IMG/VR virus record: IMGVR_UViG_3300017754_002544
Coordinates: 32,001-96,000 of that record
Strand: one strand, 5' to 3'
Source: a virus
Length of the DNA: 64,000 bases
How positions within the stretch are numbered: position 1 is the stretch's first letter; each line of letters starts with the position of its first letter. The position numbers and the translations under genes are program-made. The notes below the pieces were generated by a model that searched no databases, had not been told where the DNA came from, and saw only the letters and a program-made list of their open reading frames with translations. Shown here one piece after another: positions 11,734-22,257 of the stretch.

Positions 11734-12175
11734 CGAAGATAAAGATAAAATCATACTAAAGAGATCGACATTACCCGGTGTGGACATGTCGATTTCTGAT
11801 TTTACAATGGCCCATACTGTAAGAGTTGTTGTAACTAAGGTTACTGATACAATGTATAAAAAAGGGTCAAGAACTTTTATTGGAACTAAAGACCAATTGA
11901 CAGATGGAGAAGTTATCCAAGTTGGCAATTTAGGACTTAAGTATAGAGTTATTAAAAGAGAACAATCTTTTACCGCATATGCATTTCTATATCAAATAGA
12001 GAGATTAGATTGTAACTCAACTACAGCTACAGATATTGAAGCAGTGGCTGTTGGTCAAAAGATAAAGTTATTGAGTAGGCTATCTTTTAAACAAATGTTA
12101 AACTACACCTGTGATTTAAGAAATCATCCAAACCATAGTTGTGGGTGTAAGAATAATTGTAATTGTAAAAAATAA
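11723..12175 (+). CDS. Hypothetical protein with Cys/His-rich C-terminal tail
   Basis: 150 aa ORF between giant genes; ends CDLRNHPNHSCGCKNNCNCKK. Confidence 0.6.
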   Translation: MEYNEDKDKIILKRSTLPGVDMSISDFTMAHTVRVVVTKVTDTMYKKGSRTFIGTKDQLTDGEVIQVGNLGLKYRVIKREQSFTAYAFLYQIERLDCNSTTATDIEAVAVGQKIKLLSRLSFKQMLNYTCDLRNHPNHSCGCKNNCNCKK

Positions 12176-12196
12176 AAACCAAGATACGTATAAGAT

Positions 12197-15100
12197 ATGG
12201 CTTGTCAAATAAAAAGAACAAAAGACGGTAAGATAAATAAAGTAATTGCGCCAAATGGAAAAGAGTCAAAATTATTTAACGCTATCCATGGCAATATATT
12301 TTTAGCAGACGCAGATACTTCATTAAAGATTTATACGAATGCTTATACAAATGAGGTAGAAAAAATGTATGAGGGTTCTGATAAGTATAAATATGATAAT
12401 GGAGAACCTCAATTATTTTACAAGGCACAATCTAATAAAGAGTACGACAACTTAGAAGAGTTACTTATAAATGAAGACTTTGGGCCCGTATCTATGGGTT
12501 TTAAAAGTCCAAAGAATGATAAGTTTACACCTATCGCTAAATTTACAACTAAGGGTAGTGAGAAGAATGAGTTCTTAGCATCTAAAGTTAGAGAAGGATT
12601 TTTATCAGCAGATAGAGAGCTTGGAGAAGATGGTGTAACAAGACTTAAAGGTAAGGGTGAATATACAACTTCAAGAGTTGTTAATGCGACTTTTGCTGCT
12701 GACGCATTTATGGCAGAACTTGGAAGTGCTAAAGTTAAAGTGCTTAATGATGGGACTATTGAAATGGAATTCGCTAATGGATATTCATTAGTAGAAAAAG
12801 AAGATGGTCAAACAGAAGTCATAAGAACTGAGTTCATACCTGAGTATTTAAGAGAGAATCCAAATGTTTCAAACAAGGTAGAACTAGTTACGCAATACGT
12901 AATAGAGCATAACAACCCTAGACCATTGGATGTAGCTCCGGTTAAAGCTAATCCTACAAATTCAGATTTAAAATCTTTAGAGACATCTTTATTTGCATTT
13001 ATAAAAAGTTTAGGATTTACTACAACTACTTTAGAAAACTATAAAAAGAATTATAGAACTAAATATGGTAAGGACCCAGATATTCAAGCTTTAATTGACT
13101 TATCAAATAAGGTTGTAGCATTTAAAGAGGGGAATATATCCATAGAGGATTTGACAGAGGAGGTAGCTCACTTAGCTATTGAGGCATTTTCTGATCAGCA
13201 ATCTATCGAAGATGCTATAAAGAATGTACACTTTCATCCTGAATACGCAGAGTTCTATGAATTCTATTTAGGTAAGTATGCTCCATTCTTTAAAGGAGAA
13301 GCATTAGAAAGACAAGTAAGAAAAGAAATACTTGGTAAAATTCTTAAGAGAGAGTTCTTATCTAGATTCGATGGTAAAAATAAAACTGAAGAGCAAAGTA
13401 GAACAACATCTTTCTTGGGAAGAATATGGGAGTGGTTTACTAATTTACTAAATAATAACGTAAAGACATACCATAGAAGAGCTTTAGATGGTCTTAATAA
13501 AAGAATAGCTGATAGCGTACTTAACAACAACACTAAAGACTTCCAAGCTGAGTTCGATGAAAATGTGAACTTCTTCTATAATGCTATGAGTGATAACTCT
13601 AAGACTATTGAGTCGGAGTTTGAAGCTACTAAAAGAATAATTGAAGATTTATTTTCTAGAGGTTTAGAACAACCAACTCCAAATAAAGCGGAATTAGACA
13701 AACTAGTTGCTACTGGAAATTTTGTAGATGTACTAAGTTCAGTTAATACTATTATAGGTATTGCTGAAAATCAGTTAGATATTCTTGAGGCTAACATCAG
13801 GGAGTCCAATAGAAAAAATGAGCTTATTTCTACAAAGGATACACATAGATATGAAGTACTTAAAAATAATATGATTCCAACAATGGAAAATATTATTAAC
13901 CTACTTCCACAAAAGGCAGAGCAGTTAAACATAAGTGATCAAAACCTACTCAATAGGATGAGAACCACAGTATCTGCGTCTGAGCAAATAGCTATAAAGA
14001 TGTCAAGGATTAATCCACTAATGAACAATGATAAGATAAAGTTTGTGGAGAGAACTGTAGAGACAGAGTTAGCTAGAACAGCTTTAAATGATGAAGAAAA
14101 GGCAGAGTTTAAAAGTACTATTGAAGGTGGGTTTAGAGATATTGGATGGCTAGGAAAAATGTTCGGTATTGCTAGTCATAGTAAGAATCCAATCATTCAG
14201 TTACTACATAGATCTATAACAAAACTTATATCAAATACAAATAGAAAATTCAACTCAACGCTTAATAGCACAATGAGTGAAATAGATAAAAAGAATTTGT
14301 ATAGATTTCAAAGAAGTATAATCCATAGAGACGCAAATGGCAACCTCACTAATTACTTCTTATCACCTAAAGATTATCATAGATATGACCAAGAGCTAAG
14401 AGCTAAGGAAGATTCTATAATTGCAAATATAACTGGAAAATCTTTACAAGATGTACAAAGATTAAGAGATAAGTTTAATCCTAGAGAAATAATAAAGGAT
14501 GAAAATTTATTTAGTACATATAAGGAAGAAGTAAAAAAGTGGAGAGATGAAGTTGGCCAGGAGAGAAGATTCACAGATGAATACTATAAGCAAAGAGACG
14601 CTAGATTTGAAAAAGCAAATATATCTGATGAAACTAGAACCTACTTATCTACTAAGAACGTAGGTAGATTTTCTAGAAGAAAGAAGTACATGAATCCTGA
14701 TGGGACTATTGACTTGAATAAACAAACAGAGGCTGAAAAAATCGAAGACTTAAATGACTTCAAACAGCACTTATCTATAAAGAGTGCATACGATACTTCA
14801 GGCAATTTAAAAGCAGGCATTAGAAGAGTTAAGTATAGTGAATTAAGTGCAGAAGAAAGAGCTCAACTTCCATATACTGTAGACCCAACTTACACAGGTG
14901 AACTTACAGTTTTAGAAAGAGGCCAAGATATTGAAGACTTATCAATTGAATCAAGAAGAGCCTTAGATTTATTTAACCTTGATATGTTGTATAGAGAGGA
15001 ATTAAAATCAAAAGCTAGAAACAATAAGCCAATCCAACAATTCCTTGATAACATTTTAGAGATAGAACGTAAGGGAGAGGTAGCTTACGAGTGGGTATTA

Positions 15101-17971
15101 TCCAATTCATCACTAGGTTTGTCTAGTTCTTTTTATGAAAACTTAGGTACTGATCCTACATTTAATTCAGTAGCTCAAGATTTTGTAGATAGCATAGAAG
15201 ATCCAGATGTAAGATTCCGGAAACAAGCTGTCTTAAATAATTTAGTGGAAACTCAGAAAAAGAGAAAAGAGTTATTAAAGCAAAATAGAAGTGCTGATAG
15301 CATCATTGAGACAGATGTTAAACACATGACAACGCACTCTAGAAAATCTTTATTAGAATTAGATTCTGAGATTGCTGAACTAAGAGCAGCATTAGAAATT
15401 CCATACGAAACGCTTGAAGAAAGAGGTGGACTAGAAAATATGGAAGTAGAGCTTAATGAAGACTTTGAAAGACTACTTACTGAAAGTGGATTAGATGCTT
15501 ATAAGTTCTCACTACAACATATGTCAGATAGAAGCAAGTTAAGGACTCAGGAATTTGCTATGCAAATAGACGACTTCATCAGAGGTAAAAGAACTTATAT
15601 CAAAAAACAATATGATGAGTTTGTTACTCAAATGTATGAAAGTGGAAAGTTAGATAATCTAACTGTAGATGAAATATCTAGAACTCTAAAAGAAGAATTT
15701 GCAAAAAGAAACGTAGCAAGTTATTTTAAAAGATTTCAACCAGTAGGGTATACTCAAATGTTAAATGACATGAAGAGTGGAAAGCTTAAGATGAGTGATG
15801 TCTTAAATAACAAAGAAGCTTTTGCAGAACAATATCCGGCTTTGCAATATTTAGAAATAAGCCCTGAGTATTCTTGGAGTGAGGATGTAAATAATGAGGA
15901 ATTTTTAAATCCAAATTTCAAATCTGCTGAGGTAGGTGTTCAACCAAAGTACTTAAATGAAGAGTTCTTTAGTAGATATGGTATTAAAAAAGAAGATTAT
16001 CTAGCTTTAGATAACGAGGACTTATCTAAATTAAAACCTACAAAAAACCAAGATGAGTATGCTTTTCTTGTAATGATGACTGATATTAGACAGCAGTCTA
16101 TTAATAACTATGGAGATACAGGTAAAATCAATAAATACTTAAGGCCTCAAATATCTAAACCTACAATGGAGAAAGTGTTTTCTATTCATAAAGGTGGAGT
16201 TGGGGTAAACATAAAAGACTTCTTCTCAGATTTAGCGCAATCTAAAATAGATGAGAAAGAATATGGTGAAGAAATAGATGACCTTGGTGCAACTATTAAA
16301 CTAATACCAAAGTACTTCCAGACAAAGTTACAATCACCAGATTTAGTTACTGAAAATACTATTGAAGCTATAATGGTAGATTTAAAAGGATCTATTAGAT
16401 ATCAGGAAAGGATAAGTGTTGAAAGAGAAGTTAAGGCTTACGAATATAAGATATCACAACAAAGATTTAAGAATGGAGGAAACAACGCTCTTAATGGAAG
16501 AATACTCAAGAAAGGAGAGGTGTCTAATTACTACGAGAAAGCCCAAGAAATGGCTGACTACTACTTATATGGTATAAAACAAAACAGACAAATTGTAACA
16601 ACCCTATTTGGTAGAGAGGTAGATTTAACTCAGCTATTTAATACGATTACAAATTATATCAGAAACGTAAATTTAGGGTTTAACTTCATAAGTGACTTGA
16701 CATCGTATACTACTGGTTTGTATAATAACTATTTGGATACATTAGTTGGAGACTTCTACCATAAGTCTAGTGCTGCTAAAGCTTCAGCTCAGTTGCCAAA
16801 AATGATTTATGAGTACACTGCTGAAGCTGGTAAAATGAGAAAGACTTCGAAACTAGCACACTTAATGGAGTTCTTTGGTATTAAAAATGCTGAAGATAGA
16901 CTTGGATTATCAGCTTATGCCACACCATTCAGAATGGCTAATAAAAGTATGTTTGCTGCATCTGAATTAGCTAACTTACCGATTACTCCTAGAAACATGC
17001 TGACTATTCTTCATGACTTTAAATTTCATAATGGGTATTTCAAATCCTATAATGACTTTTATAGAGACATGAAAACAGCAAATAAAAATATGACAAAGCC
17101 TGAAATTGATTCTATATGGAAAAGTATGGGAGACACTTTCTATGAAAATATTGTCATAGATCCTGAAAGAGGAGTCTTGATGGGAGACAACTTTAGAGAA
17201 AAGTATGGAGATAAAGCAGAGGAAGAGTTTGAATATATCACTGTAAAAATGACAGATAAGATATCTCAGATAAATCAAAATGTAGATAGTATCTTATCAG
17301 AGTCAGATAAAATAGCTGCACAAAGAGATGCGATAACAAATGCTTTATTGTTACATAGAAGCTGGTTTATTATCAACATGACAAGAAAGTTTAAAGGCAA
17401 GCACTTCAATATTGCAACTGGACAAATCGAATCTGGTCACTATAGTAACATATTAAACTCTACTAAAAAAATGATTACAAGAAGATTTATAAGTAGAGAA
17501 GATTTAGAGGAAACTAATGAAGCATTTGATATGCATGAGAGAGCTAATTTAGTAAGATTTGGATTTGATGCAGCTGGTATAACAATTCTTATATTCCTTG
17601 CTAATGCGTTACTAGCAGGAGATGATGACGATGATTCAGCAGTAGAAAACCTAGCTCAGTACATTACATTAAGAACTACATCTGAAACTCAATCACAAAA
17701 TTTATTAGGAATGTTTGGCTCTGTATCTGAGATATATCAAGACCCAATTCCTCAGTTAAGAACTTTCCAGGATTTGTACAAAGGTATAACCAATATAACA
17801 GATGCTGAAAAGAGGAGATACATGTATAAGCAATTTCTAGCATATAGAAGATACGAGCAATTATCTGATTTACAAACTCAGATTCAGTCGTATATGTTCT
17901 TTAATGGAGAAAAAGGCTACACTTTGATTGGTGTAAATACAGGTAAAAAGGGAGAGGAGAAAGAAAAATAG
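12197..17971 (+). CDS. Giant putative virion/ejection protein with degenerate MPTase-like motif
   Basis: 1924 aa; N-terminal MAC...APNGKESKLF; LTEEVAH...KEILG resembles HExxH...EE; hydrophobic C-terminal helices. Confidence 0.65.
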   Translation: MACQIKRTKDGKINKVIAPNGKESKLFNAIHGNIFLADADTSLKIYTNAYTNEVEKMYEGSDKYKYDNGEPQLFYKAQSNKEYDNLEELLINEDFGPVSMGFKSPKNDKFTPIAKFTTKGSEKNEFLASKVREGFLSADRELGEDGVTRLKGKGEYTTSRVVNATFAADAFMAELGSAKVKVLNDGTIEMEFANGYSLVEKEDGQTEVIRTEFIPEYLRENPNVSNKVELVTQYVIEHNNPRPLDVAPVKANPTNSDLKSLETSLFAFIKSLGFTTTTLENYKKNYRTKYGKDPDIQALIDLSNKVVAFKEGNISIEDLTEEVAHLAIEAFSDQQSIEDAIKNVHFHPEYAEFYEFYLGKYAPFFKGEALERQVRKEILGKILKREFLSRFDGKNKTEEQSRTTSFLGRIWEWFTNLLNNNVKTYHRRALDGLNKRIADSVLNNNTKDFQAEFDENVNFFYNAMSDNSKTIESEFEATKRIIEDLFSRGLEQPTPNKAELDKLVATGNFVDVLSSVNTIIGIAENQLDILEANIRESNRKNELISTKDTHRYEVLKNNMIPTMENIINLLPQKAEQLNISDQNLLNRMRTTVSASEQIAIKMSRINPLMNNDKIKFVERTVETELARTALNDEEKAEFKSTIEGGFRDIGWLGKMFGIASHSKNPIIQLLHRSITKLISNTNRKFNSTLNSTMSEIDKKNLYRFQRSIIHRDANGNLTNYFLSPKDYHRYDQELRAKEDSIIANITGKSLQDVQRLRDKFNPREIIKDENLFSTYKEEVKKWRDEVGQERRFTDEYYKQRDARFEKANISDETRTYLSTKNVGRFSRRKKYMNPDGTIDLNKQTEAEKIEDLNDFKQHLSIKSAYDTSGNLKAGIRRVKYSELSAEERAQLPYTVDPTYTGELTVLERGQDIEDLSIESRRALDLFNLDMLYREELKSKARNNKPIQQFLDNILEIERKGEVAYEWVLSNSSLGLSSSFYENLGTDPTFNSVAQDFVDSIEDPDVRFRKQAVLNNLVETQKKRKELLKQNRSADSIIETDVKHMTTHSRKSLLELDSEIAELRAALEIPYETLEERGGLENMEVELNEDFERLLTESGLDAYKFSLQHMSDRSKLRTQEFAMQIDDFIRGKRTYIKKQYDEFVTQMYESGKLDNLTVDEISRTLKEEFAKRNVASYFKRFQPVGYTQMLNDMKSGKLKMSDVLNNKEAFAEQYPALQYLEISPEYSWSEDVNNEEFLNPNFKSAEVGVQPKYLNEEFFSRYGIKKEDYLALDNEDLSKLKPTKNQDEYAFLVMMTDIRQQSINNYGDTGKINKYLRPQISKPTMEKVFSIHKGGVGVNIKDFFSDLAQSKIDEKEYGEEIDDLGATIKLIPKYFQTKLQSPDLVTENTIEAIMVDLKGSIRYQERISVEREVKAYEYKISQQRFKNGGNNALNGRILKKGEVSNYYEKAQEMADYYLYGIKQNRQIVTTLFGREVDLTQLFNTITNYIRNVNLGFNFISDLTSYTTGLYNNYLDTLVGDFYHKSSAAKASAQLPKMIYEYTAEAGKMRKTSKLAHLMEFFGIKNAEDRLGLSAYATPFRMANKSMFAASELANLPITPRNMLTILHDFKFHNGYFKSYNDFYRDMKTANKNMTKPEIDSIWKSMGDTFYENIVIDPERGVLMGDNFREKYGDKAEEEFEYITVKMTDKISQINQNVDSILSESDKIAAQRDAITNALLLHRSWFIINMTRKFKGKHFNIATGQIESGHYSNILNSTKKMITRRFISREDLEETNEAFDMHERANLVRFGFDAAGITILIFLANALLAGDDDDDSAVENLAQYITLRTTSETQSQNLLGMFGSVSEIYQDPIPQLRTFQDLYKGITNITDAEKRRYMYKQFLAYRRYEQLSDLQTQIQSYMFFNGEKGYTLIGVNTGKKGEEKEK

Positions 17972-17991
17972 TATCTTATTCTAAATAAATT

Positions 17992-18022
17992 AAAGGTAGA
18001 TTTTGGAGTCTACCTTTTTTTT
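17992..18022 (+). terminator. Rho-independent terminator
   Basis: aaaggtaga-ttttggag-tctaccttt followed by T run, right after the stop of the giant gene. Confidence 0.85.
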
Positions 18023-18036
18023 ATTAATTTAGCTCC

Positions 18037-18999
18037 ATGGAAAAGAAGGATTATAGGTATGAAGCCTTAGCTTTAGCATCTATAGGGATATCAGTTATAC
18101 CCGTAAAAGATGATGGCTCAAAGCTTCCAAAAATTAAGTGGAAAGAATTTCAGGAAAGAATAATGACTGAAGAAGAAATAGACCTACACTTTGAAAGTTG
18201 TGGAGGTGTAATTGCTATAACCGGAGAGATATCAAAGCTCCTCTGTATAGATTTCGATTTGGATAAACAAAGAGACTCAGATGATTTTTGGGGAAGATTT
18301 ATGAGCCAAGTCCCCGTCCACATGAAAGAAAGGATGCTAGTTAATCAAACTAGGTCAGGAGGATTTCACATTTGGTTAAAGACAGACTACGAAGACAAGT
18401 CTAGAAAAATCGCACACAGACCTTTAACTATTCCCGAATTGAATGATAGGTACAATATACTTATTGACAATGGAGCTAATGAAGATACAGCAACTACGAT
18501 ACTTTTAAAGAAACCTCTTGAATGTGTTATAGAGACAAGATCAAAAGGAAGTTATGGAGTTTTTGTACACCATCAGTATAAAAGATTCTATAATAAATCC
18601 TTATCTTGGTTTACTAAAGAGGAGATAGAATTCCTTTTAAATATAGCTTATAGCCTTGACTACACTTATAAACCTAAGAGAGTATTTGAGGGTAATGTTA
18701 ATTCGTATAGAATAATAGCTAAGTTCAATAAAGATACTAAAGCATCTGGCGTAGTAAGAATGTTAGAAGAATCTGGTATGTTTACAGTATTTGATATTGA
18801 TACAAATGGAAACTACAGATTGTCAAGAGTTGGCTCATCTAGTCTTTTCTCAGCGTATGTTTATGGAGATACTGGAAATCTAAAAATATTTGGATTAAAT
18901 CCATTAACAAATGATGAGAAGTCTGTCCTACAACCATTCGAAGTGTATTGTGCAGTAAACGAGCTCACTACAGATGAGGCTATTGAAAAATTAAAGTAG
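18037..18999 (+). CDS. Bifunctional primase-polymerase (Prim-Pol) domain protein
   Basis: SVIPV...K.P...W..FQ, CIDFD, TRSGGFHIW, ETRSKGSY motifs. Confidence 0.8.
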   Translation: MEKKDYRYEALALASIGISVIPVKDDGSKLPKIKWKEFQERIMTEEEIDLHFESCGGVIAITGEISKLLCIDFDLDKQRDSDDFWGRFMSQVPVHMKERMLVNQTRSGGFHIWLKTDYEDKSRKIAHRPLTIPELNDRYNILIDNGANEDTATTILLKKPLECVIETRSKGSYGVFVHHQYKRFYNKSLSWFTKEEIEFLLNIAYSLDYTYKPKRVFEGNVNSYRIIAKFNKDTKASGVVRMLEESGMFTVFDIDTNGNYRLSRVGSSSLFSAYVYGDTGNLKIFGLNPLTNDEKSVLQPFEVYCAVNELTTDEAIEKLK

Positions 19000-19003
19000 G
19001 ATT

Positions 19004-19546
19004 ATGTTAAGCAATAAGTTCTACTACTGTGAGATATGTAACTCAAAAGTAGTCATAAGATCAACTATAAAGACAGGCGATAATAAAGGCTTAAAGGTTT
19101 GTCAATCGTGTAAGATAAAGCACGATGGTAGCAAAATACAAAAGACAAAACTAAATAAAGCAAATCCAAAATCGATAGCCAAAAGAAAAGTTGAGAGAAG
19201 TGATTTGCCAGAGTTTTTTGAAAAGGCTATAGTTGAATTAAATAATAATCCTAAATGTGCTAATTGTGGATGTACGATAAATTCAAATTACAACCCACAT
19301 TGGAATATAGCACACATATTACCTAAGCATACATATAAATCAGTCATGGCTGAAGAGCTTAATTGGATCCCTTTATGTTCTTCTAAGGACCGGATAGATG
19401 GTAAAAGCTGCCATAACGACTTTGATGCTAATATATCTAGTATAGCAGACATGCCTTGTTTTATAATAGCCAAAGAGAAATTTAATAAATTTAAATCTAA
19501 AGTTGCTGAACGAGGTAAAATTTTTCATATTTTTGACCAAAACTAA
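19004..19546 (+). CDS. Zn-ribbon + HNH-like nuclease
   Basis: CxxC...CxxC, then CANCG...AHILPK...NWIPLC...CHNDFD. Confidence 0.6.
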   Translation: MLSNKFYYCEICNSKVVIRSTIKTGDNKGLKVCQSCKIKHDGSKIQKTKLNKANPKSIAKRKVERSDLPEFFEKAIVELNNNPKCANCGCTINSNYNPHWNIAHILPKHTYKSVMAEELNWIPLCSSKDRIDGKSCHNDFDANISSIADMPCFIIAKEKFNKFKSKVAERGKIFHIFDQN

Positions 19547-19550
19547 TAAT

Positions 19551-20081
19551 ATGGATGTAAAAATTAAAATCTTAGATGAGGATGCAGTAATCCCAAAGTA
19601 TGCAAAGCCAGGAGATGCTGGTTTAGACTTAACAGCAATTAACATAGGATATGATGAAGATAATGGCATCATTGAATATGGAACTGGAATCGCACTAGAA
19701 ATTCCTGAAGGATATGTTGGATTAGTGTATCCTAGAAGTTCAATCAATAAGAAGCAATTGATACTATCGAATCATGTAGGAGTCATAGACTCTGGATATA
19801 GAGGAGAGATAACATTTAAGTTTAGAATAGAAGGAGAACATTGGAGTGAGATATCAGAAGAAGATGGATTCGACTATGCTCTTGTAAATGGAGAATTTGC
19901 GTATTATAGAACTGCTGAAGACGAATTCTACCATAGACCTAATGTAAAAGAAATCTATGCAGTTGGTGATAGAATCGGTCAACTTATTATTGTACCATAT
20001 CCAAAAATAAACTTTGTAGAAGTTGAGGAGTTATCTGAGACATCTAGAGGCAAAGGAGGTTTTGGTTCAACAGGACATTAA
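19551..20081 (+). CDS. dut: dUTPase (trimeric)
   Basis: AGLDL, PRSS, GVIDSGYRGE, RIGQL, RGKGGFGSTG; ATG at 19551 preferred. Confidence 0.95.
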   Translation: MDVKIKILDEDAVIPKYAKPGDAGLDLTAINIGYDEDNGIIEYGTGIALEIPEGYVGLVYPRSSINKKQLILSNHVGVIDSGYRGEITFKFRIEGEHWSEISEEDGFDYALVNGEFAYYRTAEDEFYHRPNVKEIYAVGDRIGQLIIVPYPKINFVEVEELSETSRGKGGFGSTGH

Positions 20082-20228
20082 ATGGATATACCATCTCTAA
20101 TAATAGTGCTATTTATACTTCTAAGTCTGAAGCTAGAGCTATCCTTAGATAAGCTAGAGGATGGCACTACTATTATATGGTATACATCTATATCTACTGG
20201 TAAAAGGAAGTATATTAAAATATATTAA
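20082..20228 (+). CDS. Small hydrophobic protein (48 aa)
   Basis: Read manually: MDIPSLIIVLFILLSLKLE...KYIKIY; abuts the dut stop. Confidence 0.5.
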   Translation: MDIPSLIIVLFILLSLKLELSLDKLEDGTTIIWYTSISTGKRKYIKIY

Positions 20229-20239
20229 ATTTTCTAATT

Positions 20240-20836
20240 ATGTATATAAACTTTAAGTTACTCAATAAAAAAGGATTAGAAATATTGGATTTAGTTCTAC
20301 TACAATTAGCCAAGCAGAACAAATCAGAAGACTTATCTAACGAGATAAGCCTATACTCCAAAAATAGAATGGAGACCTTAGTTGAAAAAGGTTACTTGAC
20401 TTTTATTAAGGGTAATAAATCTGATAATGAATACCAAAGATTGAGGATAACAAAATCTGGAAATAGCTTCCTAGAAGACTTAGAAACACCTGAAGTTTTA
20501 GAAGAAGATTTACTTCTATTTGATTGGATATCAAATGTATACATATCTAGAGGAAAGGAGATAGGAAATAAGAAGAAGACTAAAATGTACATAGCTCTTT
20601 TCAGAGTTCAAAGTGGAATTGAAAAGAATCATTTAGCTATTCTCTTAGATGAATTTGTAAAGGATGATAACAATATGGAGTACAACAATAGATTAGAATA
20701 TGCATTTTTTAAGGCTAGTAATGTATTCCAAACCAAATTTGAATTAGATCAGAGTAGGCTGTACACATATTATTTAAAAAGAAAGCAATATTTTGATTCA
20801 GTATTTTCTAAAGTAGAAGTTGAGGAGACAGTATGA
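20240..20836 (+). CDS. Putative winged-helix replication protein
   Basis: LVEKGYL...LRITKSG wHTH-like pattern; overlaps the dnaB start (ATGA). Confidence 0.45.
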   Translation: MYINFKLLNKKGLEILDLVLLQLAKQNKSEDLSNEISLYSKNRMETLVEKGYLTFIKGNKSDNEYQRLRITKSGNSFLEDLETPEVLEEDLLLFDWISNVYISRGKEIGNKKKTKMYIALFRVQSGIEKNHLAILLDEFVKDDNNMEYNNRLEYAFFKASNVFQTKFELDQSRLYTYYLKRKQYFDSVFSKVEVEETV

Positions 20837-22011
20837 CTAAAGAGCAAATAGATAAGATAATTCAGGAAGGAAATAGGCAAGCAGTTATCAAGGCTTGTTC
20901 TGAGATAGCTGCTATACAAAAGAATACAATACCATCCATAAAGACTGGAATTGACCACCTTGATAACTTTTTACCAACTGGTCTAAACAATCAGATGGTA
21001 TTCATAGGTGCTAGACCATCTATGGGTAAAACTCACATGGCAAATACAATAAAGTCAAACCTCTTAAGTAAAGATATAAATCCAAGGTCTGAGATATCTT
21101 TATTAGTTCTCAACTGGGAAATGCAGTTGAAGTCCCTGATACTTAGGGATATGAAGAAAGTTTTGAATAGGGGTATGAAAGATATCTTATCAAAAGAATT
21201 TACTGAAGATGAAAAAGAGAAAGTGTCTGAAGCTATTGGAGAGTTACTTGATGATAGAGTTCTAAACTTTGATCAGACAGTTGAAGGTAATGAATTTGAA
21301 TATCTAGTTAGGCAATACATAAACAAGAATGATGGTAAAGAAGTTATCATACTTATTGACCATATCCATGTACTACTTACGAAGAAACAAATAGATGAGT
21401 TCTTAAAACTATGCAATGACCTTAAGAAAGAATTTACAAATGTGTCTTTTATTATCTTCTTCCAATTAAATCGAGAGATAGAAAAAAGATGGAGAGGTGG
21501 AGCTGATGCAAAAGTTAAATTGAATCCTAAGAATTTTGTACCTAACTCAAGCGATATATACAATACAGATAGTTTGTATCAATTTGCTGATATCATTATG
21601 ACATTAGTAATACCTCAAGTAGTTGACTTAGACGAATATACTACTGTAAGTAAGGATAGGAATGCACATTTGAAGTCCCATTTCATAGGAGATGGTGATG
21701 ACAACAAAACAGCTAGGCTCAAAGGTAGAAACCGGGTTTATCAGAATTATATAAAGATAAGAAACAATGATAACTTTGAAGAGCCTAGACTATTTTGCGA
21801 TGTCATAAATCCTGATATTGAAAAGGTAATAACTGATTTGTACTACAATGAATCCAAGCAACAGAAGTCTAGACCTACATTCACTAAAGAGAGCTCTATA
21901 CCAATAGTTGATACTACTGTTCCATTTATTTCAATAAGTACATTGAATAATAGTAGCGCAAGAGGTCAAGGATTTGAGGACAACCCAACTCCTACAAATG
22001 TTCCATTTTAA
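20833..22011 (+). CDS. dnaB: DnaB-like replicative helicase
   Basis: Walker A GARPSMGKT, Walker B LIDHIH, QLNR, FADII, KIRN. Confidence 0.85.
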   Translation: MTKEQIDKIIQEGNRQAVIKACSEIAAIQKNTIPSIKTGIDHLDNFLPTGLNNQMVFIGARPSMGKTHMANTIKSNLLSKDINPRSEISLLVLNWEMQLKSLILRDMKKVLNRGMKDILSKEFTEDEKEKVSEAIGELLDDRVLNFDQTVEGNEFEYLVRQYINKNDGKEVIILIDHIHVLLTKKQIDEFLKLCNDLKKEFTNVSFIIFFQLNREIEKRWRGGADAKVKLNPKNFVPNSSDIYNTDSLYQFADIIMTLVIPQVVDLDEYTTVSKDRNAHLKSHFIGDGDDNKTARLKGRNRVYQNYIKIRNNDNFEEPRLFCDVINPDIEKVITDLYYNESKQQKSRPTFTKESSIPIVDTTVPFISISTLNNSSARGQGFEDNPTPTNVPF

Positions 22012-22042
22012 CCTACAAATTTATTAATATACTTAGTATGTT

Positions 22043-22074
22043 TTTGCTAAATAAAATTTTACTACTTACATTTG
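22043..22074 (+). promoter_or_regulatory. Bacteroidota-type promoter
   Basis: TTTG-20 nt-TACATTTG. Confidence 0.55.
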
Positions 22075-22184
22075 GTTTATGAGTTGGAATTAAAGAAATT
22101 ACAACAAGAAGGAAACAAGAGGTTGTTTACCGTAAGTCCTCAGATTTTCAAGCACATACCTTGTAAGAATAAAATTCACTCACA

Positions 22185-22219
22185 AATCCTCCAATTTATT
22201 TTGGGGGATTTCTTTTTTA
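22185..22219 (+). terminator. Rho-independent terminator
   Basis: aaatcctccaa...ttgggggattt plus T run. Confidence 0.7.
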
Positions 22220-22257
22220 TATAGATATTAATTAATATATTTGTTCATCAAAACCAA

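Noticed and set aside
3-17971. crAss-type virion RNA polymerase among the giant genes
   Set aside because: No DFDxD catalytic motif seen in the translated parts; the first gene is truncated, so its N-terminus is unchecked.
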